Below, in pieces: positions 36,583-49,659 of a DNA stretch of 61,778 nucleotides (the stretch's first letter is position 1; each line of letters begins with the position of its first letter). This stretch comes from Octopus bimaculoides. Lineage: Eukaryota. The notes beneath the pieces are model-generated. The model made no database searches. It was not told the DNA's origin and saw only the letters and a list, made by a program, of their open reading frames with translations. Both the position numbers and the translations under genes were made by a program. Where the stretch lies: NCBI RefSeq assembly GCF_001194135.2, contig NC_068997.1, positions 16,197,418 to 16,259,195 on the forward strand. Reading direction: 5' to 3'.

Positions 36583-39500
36583 GCTCCGAAAGTCTGGAGG
36601 ATCGTCATCCCCAGCCAACCATGACCCTTCCTATGACAACATTGTGTAGCTCCAACAACGATGACACTCTTCCAGCCCCGGCACAGCAACAGCAACAGCC
36701 TCAACAACAACAGCAAACACAGCATTGTTTCAGCAGCTCGGCAAAGATGGCTGATTCAATCGACCCATTTGGTTTGAATATCAGCAAGTCGGAACATTCA
36801 TTCAGTCCAGTGTTGTCTGGCTCCACGACAAATGGTGTGTCCAGTCTGAGCACACTATCCGTGAATGCTTCCAAGGATGTTCGGGATGCACAATTTGTTC
36901 CAATTAATCATGCGTCTTCCATTAACGACGCCGAAGAATCAAGCATCGAAAGGTCGTCAGACCATGACGACGAGCCTGTGGAGTGTGGAGAATGCAACAA
37001 AGAGTTCTTGACTTTGCAGGAATACATGGAGCACCCGTGTGCCCGGTCTGAATCAGGTAGTCGGGTTGGTCGTGAGGAGAATCAAGGTTCAATTAGCGAT
37101 AATGAATTGAGTGATGGGGAGAGTTTTGATGGCAGGATTGTGTATAATCCTGATGGCTCTGCCTACATAATTGAGGGCGCTGATTCGGACCAGAGTGATA
37201 TAGACTCCATTGTGGATGTACCACAGCAAGAGGGTAGTATAATTGTGAAAAAGGGCAAAGTTGAGGACAGCAAGGCTTCCGTTTATCCGCAGATAGCAAA
37301 TGCTTTCTTTGTTCCTAGGAACACAGCTTCTTTTTTCAATAATTTCTACATGGTGTCTGCTCAGAAATACATGCCCGATGCGCCGATCATGCATAGCTAT
37401 CGTGTTTATGATGTTCGCTCAGCCAAGAAAGATTTGCTGAACGAGGGTAAGAGTGGAGACGACTGTTCAGAAAGTAATGAGAAATCTGCCATCCGATGTG
37501 AGGATAGCATATCTACCTCAAATGCTGGGGCAGCTACTGTCCCTACAAAACCAATTCTCATGTGCTTTATATGTAAACTTTCATTTGGTTATACAAAGTC
37601 TTTCATTGCCCACGCCATCGGAGAGCATTCAATGGATCTGAATGAGGAAGAAAAAGCAATAATGTCTCGGAAAAATGCGTCGGCGATTATTCAAGGAGTA
37701 GGTAAACACAAAAAGCCCCTTATGTCATTCCTTGAACCCAATCCAACTCCTGTCCCAGAAACTACAGTGTTATCCAACCCTAGGCATTTAACAAATTCTC
37801 ATCCAACGTCAACTGTTTGTAGTACATCGGTTGATAAGGATAGTTCTACATCTGTCATTTATAGCCACGGACGTCCAAATACGTCTGAAAAACTCACATC
37901 ATCTAGACATTTTCACCCACAGAACTGTTCTATACCTTCACAAGACTTAACTTCTCATATAACACATGGCCTGTCAGCGAACAGCGAGGCCGCAATCACT
38001 AGCGCAGCAGCCACGACTTTGTCATCGACACAGCTTCAACTGGCTACGTCAGTTGGTTGCCAGTTGACACCAGCTGCTGTGGAAACGACTACAACTGCTG
38101 CAGTCACCCCCGAAATCTCTAACCCCCATAATGAGGCCTCTATAGGAGACTCAAAAGTCCCTTCATCATCATCACCATCATCATCATCACACTTAGAGTT
38201 GGAGAGAGCGACTGTCAGTGATTCAGTCCCTCTCCCTTACTCTGAGAGCAATCACATTGAAAGAACAAACTCTCACACTTTCCTTACCTCCCCCATTCAA
38301 GGAATTCCTGGATTCTTGGGGTCCTGCGATGAGCATCCGCAAGGTCGGGCTCATGGGGTTGAATGCCCTAAATGTGATATGATCCTCAGCTCCTCTCAGT
38401 CGCTAGGTGGTCACATGACCATGATGCATTCACGTAACTCTTGCAAAACTTTAAAATGTCCCAAGTGTAACTGGCACTACAAATATCAGGAAACTCTGGA
38501 GATTCACATGAAGGAGAAACACCCCGAGAATGATGCGCAGTGTATTTACTGTGTGACCAATCAGCCACACCCCCGGTTAGCGCGTGGCGAGACGTATGCC
38601 TGTGGCTATAAGCCTTATCGTTGCGAAGTCTGCAACTATTCCACAACCACCAAGGGTAACCTCAGCATTCACATGCAGTCGGACAAGCATCTGAACAATG
38701 TGCAGGAACTTGCTAATGGCGGTGATATTAAGCTGCAGACTCAGAGTTTCAATCAAGAAAATGCACAACTGAAAAAAAACAAGCCAAAGCCAACTTGGAG
38801 GTGTGACGTATGCAATTATGAAACAAATGTGGCTAGGAACCTAAGGATACACATGACCAGTGAAAAACATACACATAACATGTTGGCTCTTCAACAAAAT
38901 ATGAAACAAATGCAAGGGGACATGTCACTTCACATGAACCCTGTCCTGCTACTGGGTCAACAAGACCCGGCTTTACTCAACCTTCAATCCTCCCTTTCGG
39001 CTTCTAATTCTCAGTTTTCATTTGATCAACCCTTGATTCAGCAAGGTACAACTCGGAACTTTGAAATCCCGGTTGACCTGAGTAAGGAGAATGATCTGTC
39101 GTGCTTTTCTTATGAAAATGATGAGAAACTCGCTGAAGGTGCTATGATGCTTCATTGCTGTGTGTGTAACATATTCACATCGGACACAATAGACATGTTG
39201 TCGCATCACCTGAATATAGACCGTACAAAACAGCATGAGACGGACGACATAATTATATCTGCAGGTATGTATATGTGTAACCTGTGTACGTATAAAACGA
39301 ACCTGAAAACCAACTTTTACCTCCACCTCAAAACTGACAAGCACCTTCAGCGTCTGCAGCTTGTGAACCACATCAAAGAGGGTGGTGCCAACAATGAATG
39401 GCGCCTTAAGTACCTAACCGTCAACAATCCCGTTCTCGTGCGCTGCAATGCCTGTGAATTCTGCACGAACAGCATACACAAGCTTCAGATGCATGCAAAC

Positions 39501-39783
39501 ACGGAAGCCCATGAAACGTGCGCGCAACTCTTTCATCACTTGGCATCCATAGAGATGAAGATACCAGTCGGTCGACGTGAGTTTGTATGCACTCTGTGCA
39601 ATTTTAGTGCTAGATCCAAGTGTCAAATGTTTCACCATGCGAAATGTATGAAACATGCACAAAATGATAGCCTAAGACAATTACAACTTCAGGAGCAAGG
39701 GAAATGCCAACCAATGGATCTATCAGAGATTTTCATTGTCAGGGAATACATGGACGACAACATACCCAAGATGTCAGACTCGG
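36564..39783 (+). CDS. zfh2 (ZFHX3/ZFHX4): First large coding exon (aa ~1-1073, partial CDS) of a zinc finger homeobox protein, zfh2/ZFHX3(ATBF1)/ZFHX4 family
   Basis: Long ORF with family-diagnostic motifs: CxxCxxxFxxLQxYMEHxC, GRIVYNPDGSAYIIE, TKPILMCFICKLSFGY...KNASAIIQGVGK, VECPKCD...GGHMTMMHSRNSCKTLKCPKCNWHYKYQETLE.HMKEKHP, HPRLARGETYACGYKPYRCEVCNYSTTTKGNLSIHMQSDKH, WRCDVCNYETNVARNLRIHMTSEKH, HIKEGG.NEWRLK. The ATG at 36564 follows an in-frame TGA (36558-60). The CDS is trimmed at the donor CGG|GTAAGC (GT 39784-85, phase 1); the ORF-track tail to 39887 is intronic. Confidence 0.95.
38364..39656 (+). other. Zinc-finger cluster within the exon (about 8 C2H2/degenerate fingers; two more at 36984-37040 and 37563-37628)
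   Basis: Repeated CxxC...HxxxxH(H) motifs in the translation, several with the ZFHX-type long spacing H-x5-H (HMQSDKH, HMTSEKH, HLKTDKH, HANTEAH, HAKCMKH). Confidence 0.9.
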
Positions 39784-39790
39784 GTAAGCT
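39781..39790 (+). other. 5' splice donor closing the ZFHX exon
   Basis: CGG|GTAAGCT; T-rich low-complexity sequence follows and family similarity ends just before it. Confidence 0.88.
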
Positions 39791-41621
39791 AAAATATCTT
39801 TCATTGTTTATTTCTTTCTTATTATTCCCACATACATACACACAGGCCTTTGCAATCTCTCCATCATTCATTTTTGATGATTTTTGAAAAAAGAATTCTC
39901 AACACCTGTCTCTTTTTCTTCATCCATCATTAGCCATTAATATCATCACATCATTTTTGTTCTTGATATTTTTTCTTTGTCTTTCAAATTTTTTCCTTCT
40001 ATTTCATGGTGTATGTATGTATGTATGTGTATGAAAAGTTTTCTTCCGTTATTTCATTTTCAGCCCATTTGGAAACATCTTTTGACCATTTTTGGAAATT
40101 ACTGAATGAAGAAAAAGAGAGAGAGAGAGAGAGAAAGAGAAAGAAATAATGAGAGAGGGAGAGAGAGTTTGGCATTAATTACAGTGATGAATTCCTGTAT
40201 CATGAGTTAAAAATTAACTGCCATTGTTTTATTAAATCATGTCCTTGGAATGAAGCAGTCGTGTGAGAATTTTTTGGTGGATTTATCTGTTATTGGAATG
40301 ATTGCTTTCAATATCAATTGTCACAGATGTCATTCGTTTTCACACACGCACATATACAAGTTAAAATGCAAATACGTGAATGAACTTAAAATGGTTGATT
40401 GAAGAATTTGTAGATCCATGCAACCTTATCAAGTGAAAACAAATTTATCATGGAGATATTGTTAATGTGTTGAAATATTTTGCTTTGCATTTGTGCTTTT
40501 GTTGGTACTGAAATACCAAGATGTCACACTATGAACTACTCACCATGTGTGTGTGTGTATGTATGTATGTGCGTGTGTGTAATTATGTATGTATACACAA
40601 CCATTTTAATCATTATTTTAAAACTATTGATTATCAACAGATTAGTCACAAATCATGAAAGGGTTAAACATTTTTTTTTTTTTATAGCTACTTTCAGTTC
40701 GTTTGCTCAGTTTGTGTACGTTGTGATTCATCTATAAGAATGTGTATCTGCAGATGTATGTATATATGTGTGTCTGTGTGTGTATGTGTGTTTGAGTCTC
40801 TGTATTATTAATGTGAGCGTGTAGGCGCGTATTTGATTGATTGTATTTGACTGTGTAGTAGCTGTGTGTGTATTGTATATCGTTTATCAAACAAGCTTTT
40901 TTAAGATAAGACCATTATGCCGACGTTTGTTTTGTCTTTTCATTGGCCTTTTAACTATGTTAAAGAAACGAGCCGTCGTGCAACGAAGTCACTATTTAGT
41001 TTTGCAGGAAGTCTTTTAACGAAAAAATATAATTGTTTTGAATTCCTTAATGAACCATCTCCTTCGTCTAAACATTTTTGTTTGATCATTTTTTTCTTCT
41101 CTATTTCATTGCTATCCGTTTCATAATTTATTTTTTTGTTTGTTTGTTTATTACTCTTTTCCCTGTCTACAGGGAAAGACAACCCAAGCCGTTTCTCAGC
41201 CACATTATCTCCTTTTTACCACAATCTTACTCGCCACCTCCCTCTCTTTTATTAGGTGCACTCTTTGTTCTTTTGCGAGAATTTGGAGCAATTATTGCTC
41301 CTGAAATAAACTGAACTGGAAAACCTTGTTGGAGCGAACCTGCTGCGTCACACACACACACACACACATACACATCTCCATCTACCTCCCTCACGCGCGC
41401 GCGCGCATCTCACGTATACGTTATTGTGAGTACACATTGTTACAGGCATGTATATATATGCATGATCTAATACAGATCTTTACCGTCTCCTTAATCCAAA
41501 AAAAGCCGCGTCTGCTTCGAGTTTTATTAATCTAATGACCCTTCTCTAAAGACCCTATAGAACAAGGTTTTATACCCACAGACCCCATTCACTCACCTAA
41601 TATACATTCATACACACTCTT

Positions 41622-41659
<38 letters not shown>

Positions 41660-41963
41660 ACTCACTCACTCACTCACATACAGACGCACACATACAGAAG
41701 CACGGGTACGGCCGATAGATTGAGAAGCTGGCATCTTAGCCACGAATTCCCGTCTCCAAGTGACGTTGACTTAACAGAGGACCGGTGTATGGTGGTAACT
41801 GTAACTCAAGGGGCTCTGCGTTGTCACACACTTTACCACTTTGATTAAGGGTTATAAAGTCCCTGTGTAACAAACAAACCAGCCGGTGTTAACTATCGTT
41901 CAATTTGATCAGCTGAACAGTTGATTGAACAAATGGAAAACTCCTCGTCGAAGCTGATGCAGG

Positions 41964-41996
<33 letters not shown>

Positions 41997-42093
41997 ATGT
42001 GGAATATGCCTATATTTTGTTATAGCTATATAAATGCATCGCCTTGTGATGCATATCCACTTCGTGAATAAATATTGTACTCTAGTGCGCGTG

Positions 42094-42130
<37 letters not shown>

Positions 42131-43264
42131 CTAACGTATTATATCATTAATGTGTGTGTATATTTAATGAATAGTAGTGTGTCACACAAGTCATATACGC
42201 ATTCATACATTCACGTAGATATAATTAGACATGACTGATATTGCAGTGGGTGTAGGAATAAAATACATACCATAACTCAAACTATCTTAATAAAGAACGG
42301 TGCCTGAGCCAGAAACTGTTGCCAAAACTTTAATTCTAGAAGAACCAGACAGTGATTGAGGGGGAGTGTGGAGGAGAATGAGAGGCAAAGAGATAAATGG
42401 AGTTGGTGTGTGAGAAAGAGAGAGGAGAAGGCGGAGAGGGGAGAGCATAAAATGTAACTGTTACGAATTCCAGCGAAGAATTCTCCAGAAATAATGATAT
42501 TAAAGATTTCTAAATGCGGCACAAGGCCACAAGTCATACTCAAGAGTTGACGGGTTCTTCATTTTTATCAACCCGGTGGATGGGGGGGGGGTTTAAAAAA
42601 GAAAGCAAACACGGCATCGCTGGAGATTTGGACTAAAAAAAAAAATCAAGATGAGAGAGAGAGAGAGGGGGGGGTACAGTTCATAAAAATCGATCTCAGT
42701 AACTTGACTGCTTACTTATTTTCTTTCGAATCGGGAAGCATTAAGGTCAAATTCAGAAGAATTTGAAGACAAAACGTAGGAAGACAAAATGAATACTCTT
42801 TTAATTCGGTTTAACCATTTCAGTTGGGACCTGTCCTTGCTCAAACAAATAGACAAATACATACATACACACATACATGCATACATACACACANNNNNNN
42901 NNNNNNNNNNNNNNNNNNNNNNNNNNNNNNNNNNNNNNNNNNNNNNNNNNNNNNNNNNNNNNNNNNNNNNNNNNNNNNNNNNNNNNNNNNNNNNNNNNNN
43001 NNNNNNNNNNNNNNNNNNNNNNNNNNNNNNNNNNNNNNNNNNNNNNNNNNNNNNNNNNNNNNNNNNNNNNNNNNNNNNNNNNNNNNNNNNNNNNNNNNNN
43101 NNNNNNNNNNNNNNNNNNNNNNNNNNNNNNNNNNNNNNNNNNNNNNNNNNNNNNNNNNNNNNNNNNNNNNNNNNNNNNNNNNNNNNNNNNNNNNNNNNNN
43201 NNNNNNNNNNNNNNNNNNNNNNNNNNNNNNNNNNNNNNNNNNNNNNNNNNNNNNNNNNNNNNNN

Positions 43265-43303
<39 letters not shown>

Positions 43304-45714
43304 TGTTGGACTACTGCCCACAAGGTTAGGTAGAGCAATACATAAAGCATTTATAGAGTGCAAAAGCATGCTGTACACACATACACACTTTTTCTTTTCC
43401 CCCATATATACGTGAGTGTGTGTGTGTGTGTATTCCTTCTGCCTTTTTTGATTGCAACCAACCGCAACATATTACCGGTAATTATTTTATCGACCTCGAA
43501 GTGCGATTTGAACTCAGAAATGTGAAAATACTTAGAAGAAAAATAAAATACATAAACCCAATTCTGCAGTAACATATTTTCCTTTCTTTTATCTCTCTTG
43601 TTTTTTTTTTAATTTTTTGTTTTATTTTTCTTTACTTTTTTCATTGTTTTTTTTTTTCTTTTCTGAATATACACTCACTCATACGCACTCACATACGAAC
43701 ACAAACATACGTACACACACACACATTTTGTGGTATCTGGGATACTTAGCAAGAGTCCTCCTCCTCCTCCTCCTCCTCTCACGGTATCTCCAGTATTTTA
43801 GTCGTGATTTAATGAGGCTATTTCATCTCTCCTCAATTATTATCGTAATTGTTATTGTAGTTATATCAGCATCATCAGCATCATCATCATCATCACCCTT
43901 CTTCACCATCACCGTCGTTCTGCTACTATTATTATCATTATCCAGTTTCTTGGGATAACCTGTGTGTAATGTGTGTGTGTGTGTGTGTGTTTGTGAAAAA
44001 GTATGTAAGTAAATGTTATTTTGCGTGTATGTAAATGTGTCGGAGGAGACTGTAAATAATTGAAAAGATTAACTATGCCTGTCTGTCTGTCTGTCAGTCT
44101 CTGCCTATCTCTCTCTCTCGCGCGCGCGCGCACACACAAAATCACACATACACATAAGACATAAAAACTGATCTTTTGCATCAAATCTCTTTTGATCCTG
44201 TATAAATTCTTGCNNNNNNNNNNNNNNNNNNNNNNNNNNNNNNNNNNNNNNNNNNNNNNNNNNNNNNNNNNNNNNNNNNNNNNNNNNNNNNNNNNNNNNN
44301 NNNNNNNNNNNNNNNNNNNTGTCCGTTGGTTCTTCTGATAATGGTGCTGTCAGCGATAGTACTGATCCTAGTGATGATGCCAATTGGCATTGGTAGCTGT
44401 AGTGGTAGAAATGATGGTGGTGTTAGTATTAGTAAGCGGCCTTAGAAGGGTATGCGTGTGGCATAGTGTGGGGGGGGGGCAGTGAGGCAGGAACATCAAC
44501 ATTTCTGTAAGTTTTTGTGATATATTATATCGTCTCGTATATAAGGATCTGCAGAGAGCGTCTGCTTCCATGCCTGGGGCTTACTCTTGCAACATATTGG
44601 ATAGATTAGATGGATAGAAATCTACAGAGAGAAAAGTTGTGTGTGCATGTGTGTGTGTGTGTGTGTACATGCGTGTGTTTGTGTATGTATGTATGTATGT
44701 GTGCTAGTGTATATGTATGCTCTTTTATATGAAATAAAACGTTGTACTAGACAACCAACCAATGACAAAAGAACAAAATGAAGAAAAAGAGCCCTGTGAG
44801 AGGCACCGGCACTCGAAAGAAGTGAACCGCAATGTCATGTGGTTTATATAGACATGTATGTGTGTGTGTGTGTCTACGTACGTACGTATATACATACATA
44901 TATACATGCATACATACATATGTAAAACCTTACGGAAAGTTTTGGCACTTTAGAGCACACGCAATGACTAGACTTGCATCTATGTGTATGAATGAGTATG
45001 CATACACAAAACAAGACATACATCTGCACATGCATTGGCTCCACATATTACACGCATGCACACATGCACACGACCATGCATAACTGACCTGTTGATGTGG
45101 AAATTCCAATGAAAGAGTATTGAATCTAGGTTAAAAACCGGCTCTTTCTCCATTGGCAAAAGAAATTAAAAAAAAAAACTTAATAATAACAGCATATATA
45201 CATATGTAAATATAGAAAGAGAAAGGGAGTGGGTGAGGTGGAGGCTTCTGCACAGTTTCCATTCGCCAAATTTCATTCGCAGTGTATTGGTCGTCCCGAA
45301 GCAGCAGTAAAAGTTGCATGCGCAAGGTGCTGCCATGTCAAGTCGATCTCGGAAACTTGTGGTTGCTAAGCAAACCGCAAAAGTACACTGTTATGAAATC
45401 TTTTGATCTGTTGAGCAACGTAAACCAAATAGAGTTTATATGCCTCGCACAGAGTAAATGGTTTATGCACTACTCCTAACCTTGTGATGAGTAATCCAAC
45501 ATTATGTAGATAGGCATGCAGACAGACAGATAAATATTTCTTTTATTTGTTTGATGAGAATGCAGTAATACAAGTCGCACATGCCGACCCTGGTGATATT
45601 CTCTCAGTTTGTTTGCCCAACTCCTAAGTTACAGACACATAAACAAACGACGGTTGTTAAGCGGCACGAGGAGAAAAACGCACATAACTCGCACACATAC
45701 ATACAGATAAATGT

Positions 45715-45965
45715 ATACACACACACACAACGAGCTTCTACATAGTTTCCAAATTTACTCAAAAAACTTCGCTTGGCCTGGAGCTTGTGGTAAAAGACTT
45801 GCCCAAAGTGTTGCGCAATGGGATTGAACCTGAAACCATGTGCACCACACACACGACGAGCTTCGACATCGTTTCTAAATTCACTTTAAAAAGAAGCATT
45901 GGTTGACCCGGGGCTCTAGTTGACCAAGATACCGGGCTGCGAGACGGAACTTGAAATCACATGGC
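45715..45965 (-). mobile_element. Two tandem truncated family-A SINE heads
   Basis: gacttgcccaaagtgttgcgcaatgggattgaacctgaaaccatgtg, followed by a second, more diverged copy. Confidence 0.55.
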
Positions 45966-47401
45966 AACATAAACACATACATACATGTGCGAATGTGCAC
46001 ACTTGTATCTCTTTCTCTCTCTCTCTCTCTCTCTCCCTCCCTCCCTCTCTCTCTCTCTCCGTTTCTTTAATAAAACCCGCTGTGTAATGTTTTGCTTTAA
46101 TGCCAGTGCTTGTCTGTCAAGAGCAAAAAACGAAGTTGCGGTTTTGAAGTGTGAAGTGGCTTGTTACAAGTGTGCAGTTACTGTATTACCAATATATTGT
46201 TACCAACCACTGCAAATGTTATTACTGATGCTAGCAGTCTATCACAGACTATCAGACTATCTCAGACAATCTCCCCCAGTTGGTGGCAAGCTTATTATAA
46301 GCTAAACCAATTCTCCGTATTTTATTTTTAATGTTCTTAAAAACTAAAACGAAATAAAATGAAATGAAAACATCTTCATAACTTGTTTATTTTTATATCT
46401 GCGCCTGCGCGCAAGTGCATTTGTGTATGTGATGTGTGTGTGTGGTCTTGCGTTTTGTGAATCTGTGAGTGTTTGATGTATTTTTGTATTATATTTTTTT
46501 TGCTTGCTTTTTATTATTATGATTTTTGTTGTGTGTTTTTTGGGTTTTTTTTACTTTGTCTGTTTCCTAGTTACATATTTTAAGTAGTTACTGCAGTTAT
46601 GTTGTGGGGCAGGCCGGATCAAGATTTAATGCGAGCCAATTGTCGGTTGATTACAGACAGAGAAAAAGGCACGAAAGTCAAGACTACCTATGTCAACCTC
46701 GCCCCCGAACAGCAATTGTAAATCAATTGCACCCGATGACAAAATCTTCATNNNNNNNNNNNNNNNNNNNNNNNNNNNNNNNNNNNNNNNNNNNNNNNNN
46801 NNNNNNNNNNNNNNNNNNNNNNNNNNNNNNNNNNNNNNNNNNNNNNNNNNNNNNNNNNNNNNNNNNNNNNNNNNNNNNNNNNNNNNNNNNNNNNNNNNNN
46901 NNNNNNNNNNNNNNNNNNNNNNNNNNNNNNNNNNNNNNNNNNNNNNNNNNNNNNNNNNNNNNNNNNNNNNNNNNNNNNNNNNNNNNNNNNNNNNNNNNNN
47001 NNNNNNNNNNNNNNNNNNNNNNNNNNNNNNNNNNNNNNNNNNNNNNNNNNNNNNNNNNNNNNNNNNNNNNNNNNNNNNNNNNNNNNNNNNNNNNNNNNNN
47101 NNNNNNNNNNNNNNNNNNNNNNNNNNNNNNNNNNNNNNNNNNNNNNNNNNNNNNNNNNNNNNNNNNNNNNNNNNNNNNNNNNNNNNNNNNNNNNNNNNNN
47201 NNNNNNNNNNNNNNNNNNNNNNNNNNNNNNNNNNNNNNNNNNNNNNNNNNNNNNNNNNNNNNNNNNNNNTTTACAAGACACTGGATGTTGAAATTTATAA
47301 TCGTTTGGATACGAATAATGGAAGCGATTAGTACAACACACTTTTTCTATTTTTAATTTTTAATTTTTGTTTGAGAATTTTATTTTAAATTACAAGAGCA
47401 G

Positions 47402-47437
<36 letters not shown>

Positions 47438-48358
47438 ACACACATCTAAGTCTGAACTGCTAGCGTTGGGAAACGGATGTGAATATATCAATGATGATGG
47501 TGATGATGTTGATAGATTGAAAGATCATATCAAAATTATGTTTGTGTATACTATAAATATGCGTGTATGAGTGTGTGCGCGCGTGCGTGTGTTTAAGTAC
47601 ATTTTCTTTTTCTTTTGTATGTTTATGATTAACTATTGCGAGATTTTCCCACCCCTCCCCCTTCACTCCGACATGTAAGTAATATTTTTTTAATGTATGT
47701 ATATATTTTTACATCTGAATCTAGTTACATATGTACGTACCTATCATGGTAATTCTTTTTTTTTGTTTTTTGTTTTTATATTTATATATTCATACACTTG
47801 AGAGTGAATGAGTGTGTGTGTATGTATGTATCATTCATTCACACACACGTATACACGTAGAACTACTCACTCTCTCTCTCACACACACACACAGATGTAC
47901 GTGTGTGTGTGTGTGTGTGTGTGTTGTTGTATGTGTTTACATATGCAAAAAGTATGTCTCTTTATAAACACTTAATTCCTAATTTACATATATCCTCTAA
48001 CAAACAAACATACCCATAGACGCACACAGACATATATATGTATGTTTGCGTATTCTACACGCTCACACTCATTCTCCTATATACACACACACATACAGCA
48101 CAGCGTGTGTGAGTACGTATGCTCCATATGTTTTCTATGGGAAATTTCTCAGACATATCTCGTTTTCCTTTTCTTCTCAGTTAGGTTCTTGTTTGGTTCT
48201 TTTGTTACCTTTTGTGTGGAACCAAGACCATAAAATCTGGTGAGTTACCAACTCTAGCATCGACCTACCCCCCCCCTCCCTACCTCGTTCCACCCTTTCC
48301 GCCTCTCTTCTTCGTTTCTGCCTATCATTTCTCACTGTCTATTTCTAGCTTTCCCTTA

Positions 48359-48393
<35 letters not shown>

Positions 48394-49659
48394 TTCTCAA
48401 CGCGTCTAATCAACACAAAGCACACACAAACACGCACATACATACCTGTACATACACATCCACATGCTCTTATACACATGCGTAGATGTGCAATGCAGAC
48501 ACTTTGTATACAATCTAGCTTATACACACGTTGTATGAATTAATGCTTACATATGGTCTGAATACATCCACAAATGAGAACTCAACTATGCAGACATATT
48601 CACACATACCAGTACAAACACAGTCACTCTCACTCCATAGTTAGACATATACATAAATTGCTGATAAATACATACACACATTACATACATATTTGATATG
48701 TTTATGCATAAACCCATTCTCTCTCTCTCACACACACGTCCACACACACACACACACAATTATCTGTTTCTTTCTTCGTTTCTTGTCTGCTTTAATTTGC
48801 TTTGTTCAGCTTTCTCACCTGTTGTGCTATCCTTGTTTCATTTTAATTACATTTATTGCCTCTGTTCTTTCTCATTTATGTATTAGTTATTATTATTATT
48901 ATTATTGTTATTATTGATATTGTTTTTGTTTTTTTAATGTAGCCTTATAATTTCTGAACTTGTCGTCTTACACCTATTGTTCCTTATCTCTATCACTAAA
49001 TTAGTGTTCCCCTTCTCTTTTCTTGTCGTAGTACTACAGCTACTACTACAACAAATTCTCACCGAATCAAGTCCACACATCCTCATTTCGATTCTTTTGT
49101 GGAGCTACTTGCAAGAGAAAGTGCACCGTACCATTTCTTGTTCAAACCCCACTTATGCTACCGCTGCCCCTAGGAAAGCTATCTATCAACGTTGCTTAAT
49201 TTTATTTCTCTGAGTAAACTTTTAGACTGATGCCTCATCAAAATAAAGAATTATTTCAATGATGATTTTTAAAAAAGTGTAAAATTACCTTAATGAAAGC
49301 AAGGCATTTTTTGTCTAATTTTCTCTGTATATACTAATGCTATATTTCTACAGACTCATTTTTTGGCAACGTCAGCTCTCTCTTCTATCTCGAAAAAAAA
49401 TATTTTCTGCAAAATAATTAGATAGGTATCAGTATAAAATTGGAGGCTGGAATTATTTCCAGATTATCATGCTTTCAATTATTTCACTTTTGTTTCTCTA
49501 AATTATAGGTTCAGATTCCATTAGGGTCAAATTAACCTTACAGTCGATAAAATAAGTAATACCAGTAATTTACTGAGGTGGATTTAATTCTCCGTATACC
49601 TCTTCCTCTTTACAAAGTTGTGACCATCTCTTAATCTAATAAGCTATCATTTTTCTTAT

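Noticed and set aside
37089-39662. Antisense and alternate-frame ORFs inside the ZFHX exon
   Set aside because: Short shadow ORFs expected opposite a long CDS; no recognisable motifs.
39784-39887. ORF-track extension of the ZFHX ORF (GKLKYLSLF...DDF*)
   Set aside because: It begins at a canonical GTAAG donor, is T-rich, has no family similarity and no nearby AATAAA; intronic read-through.
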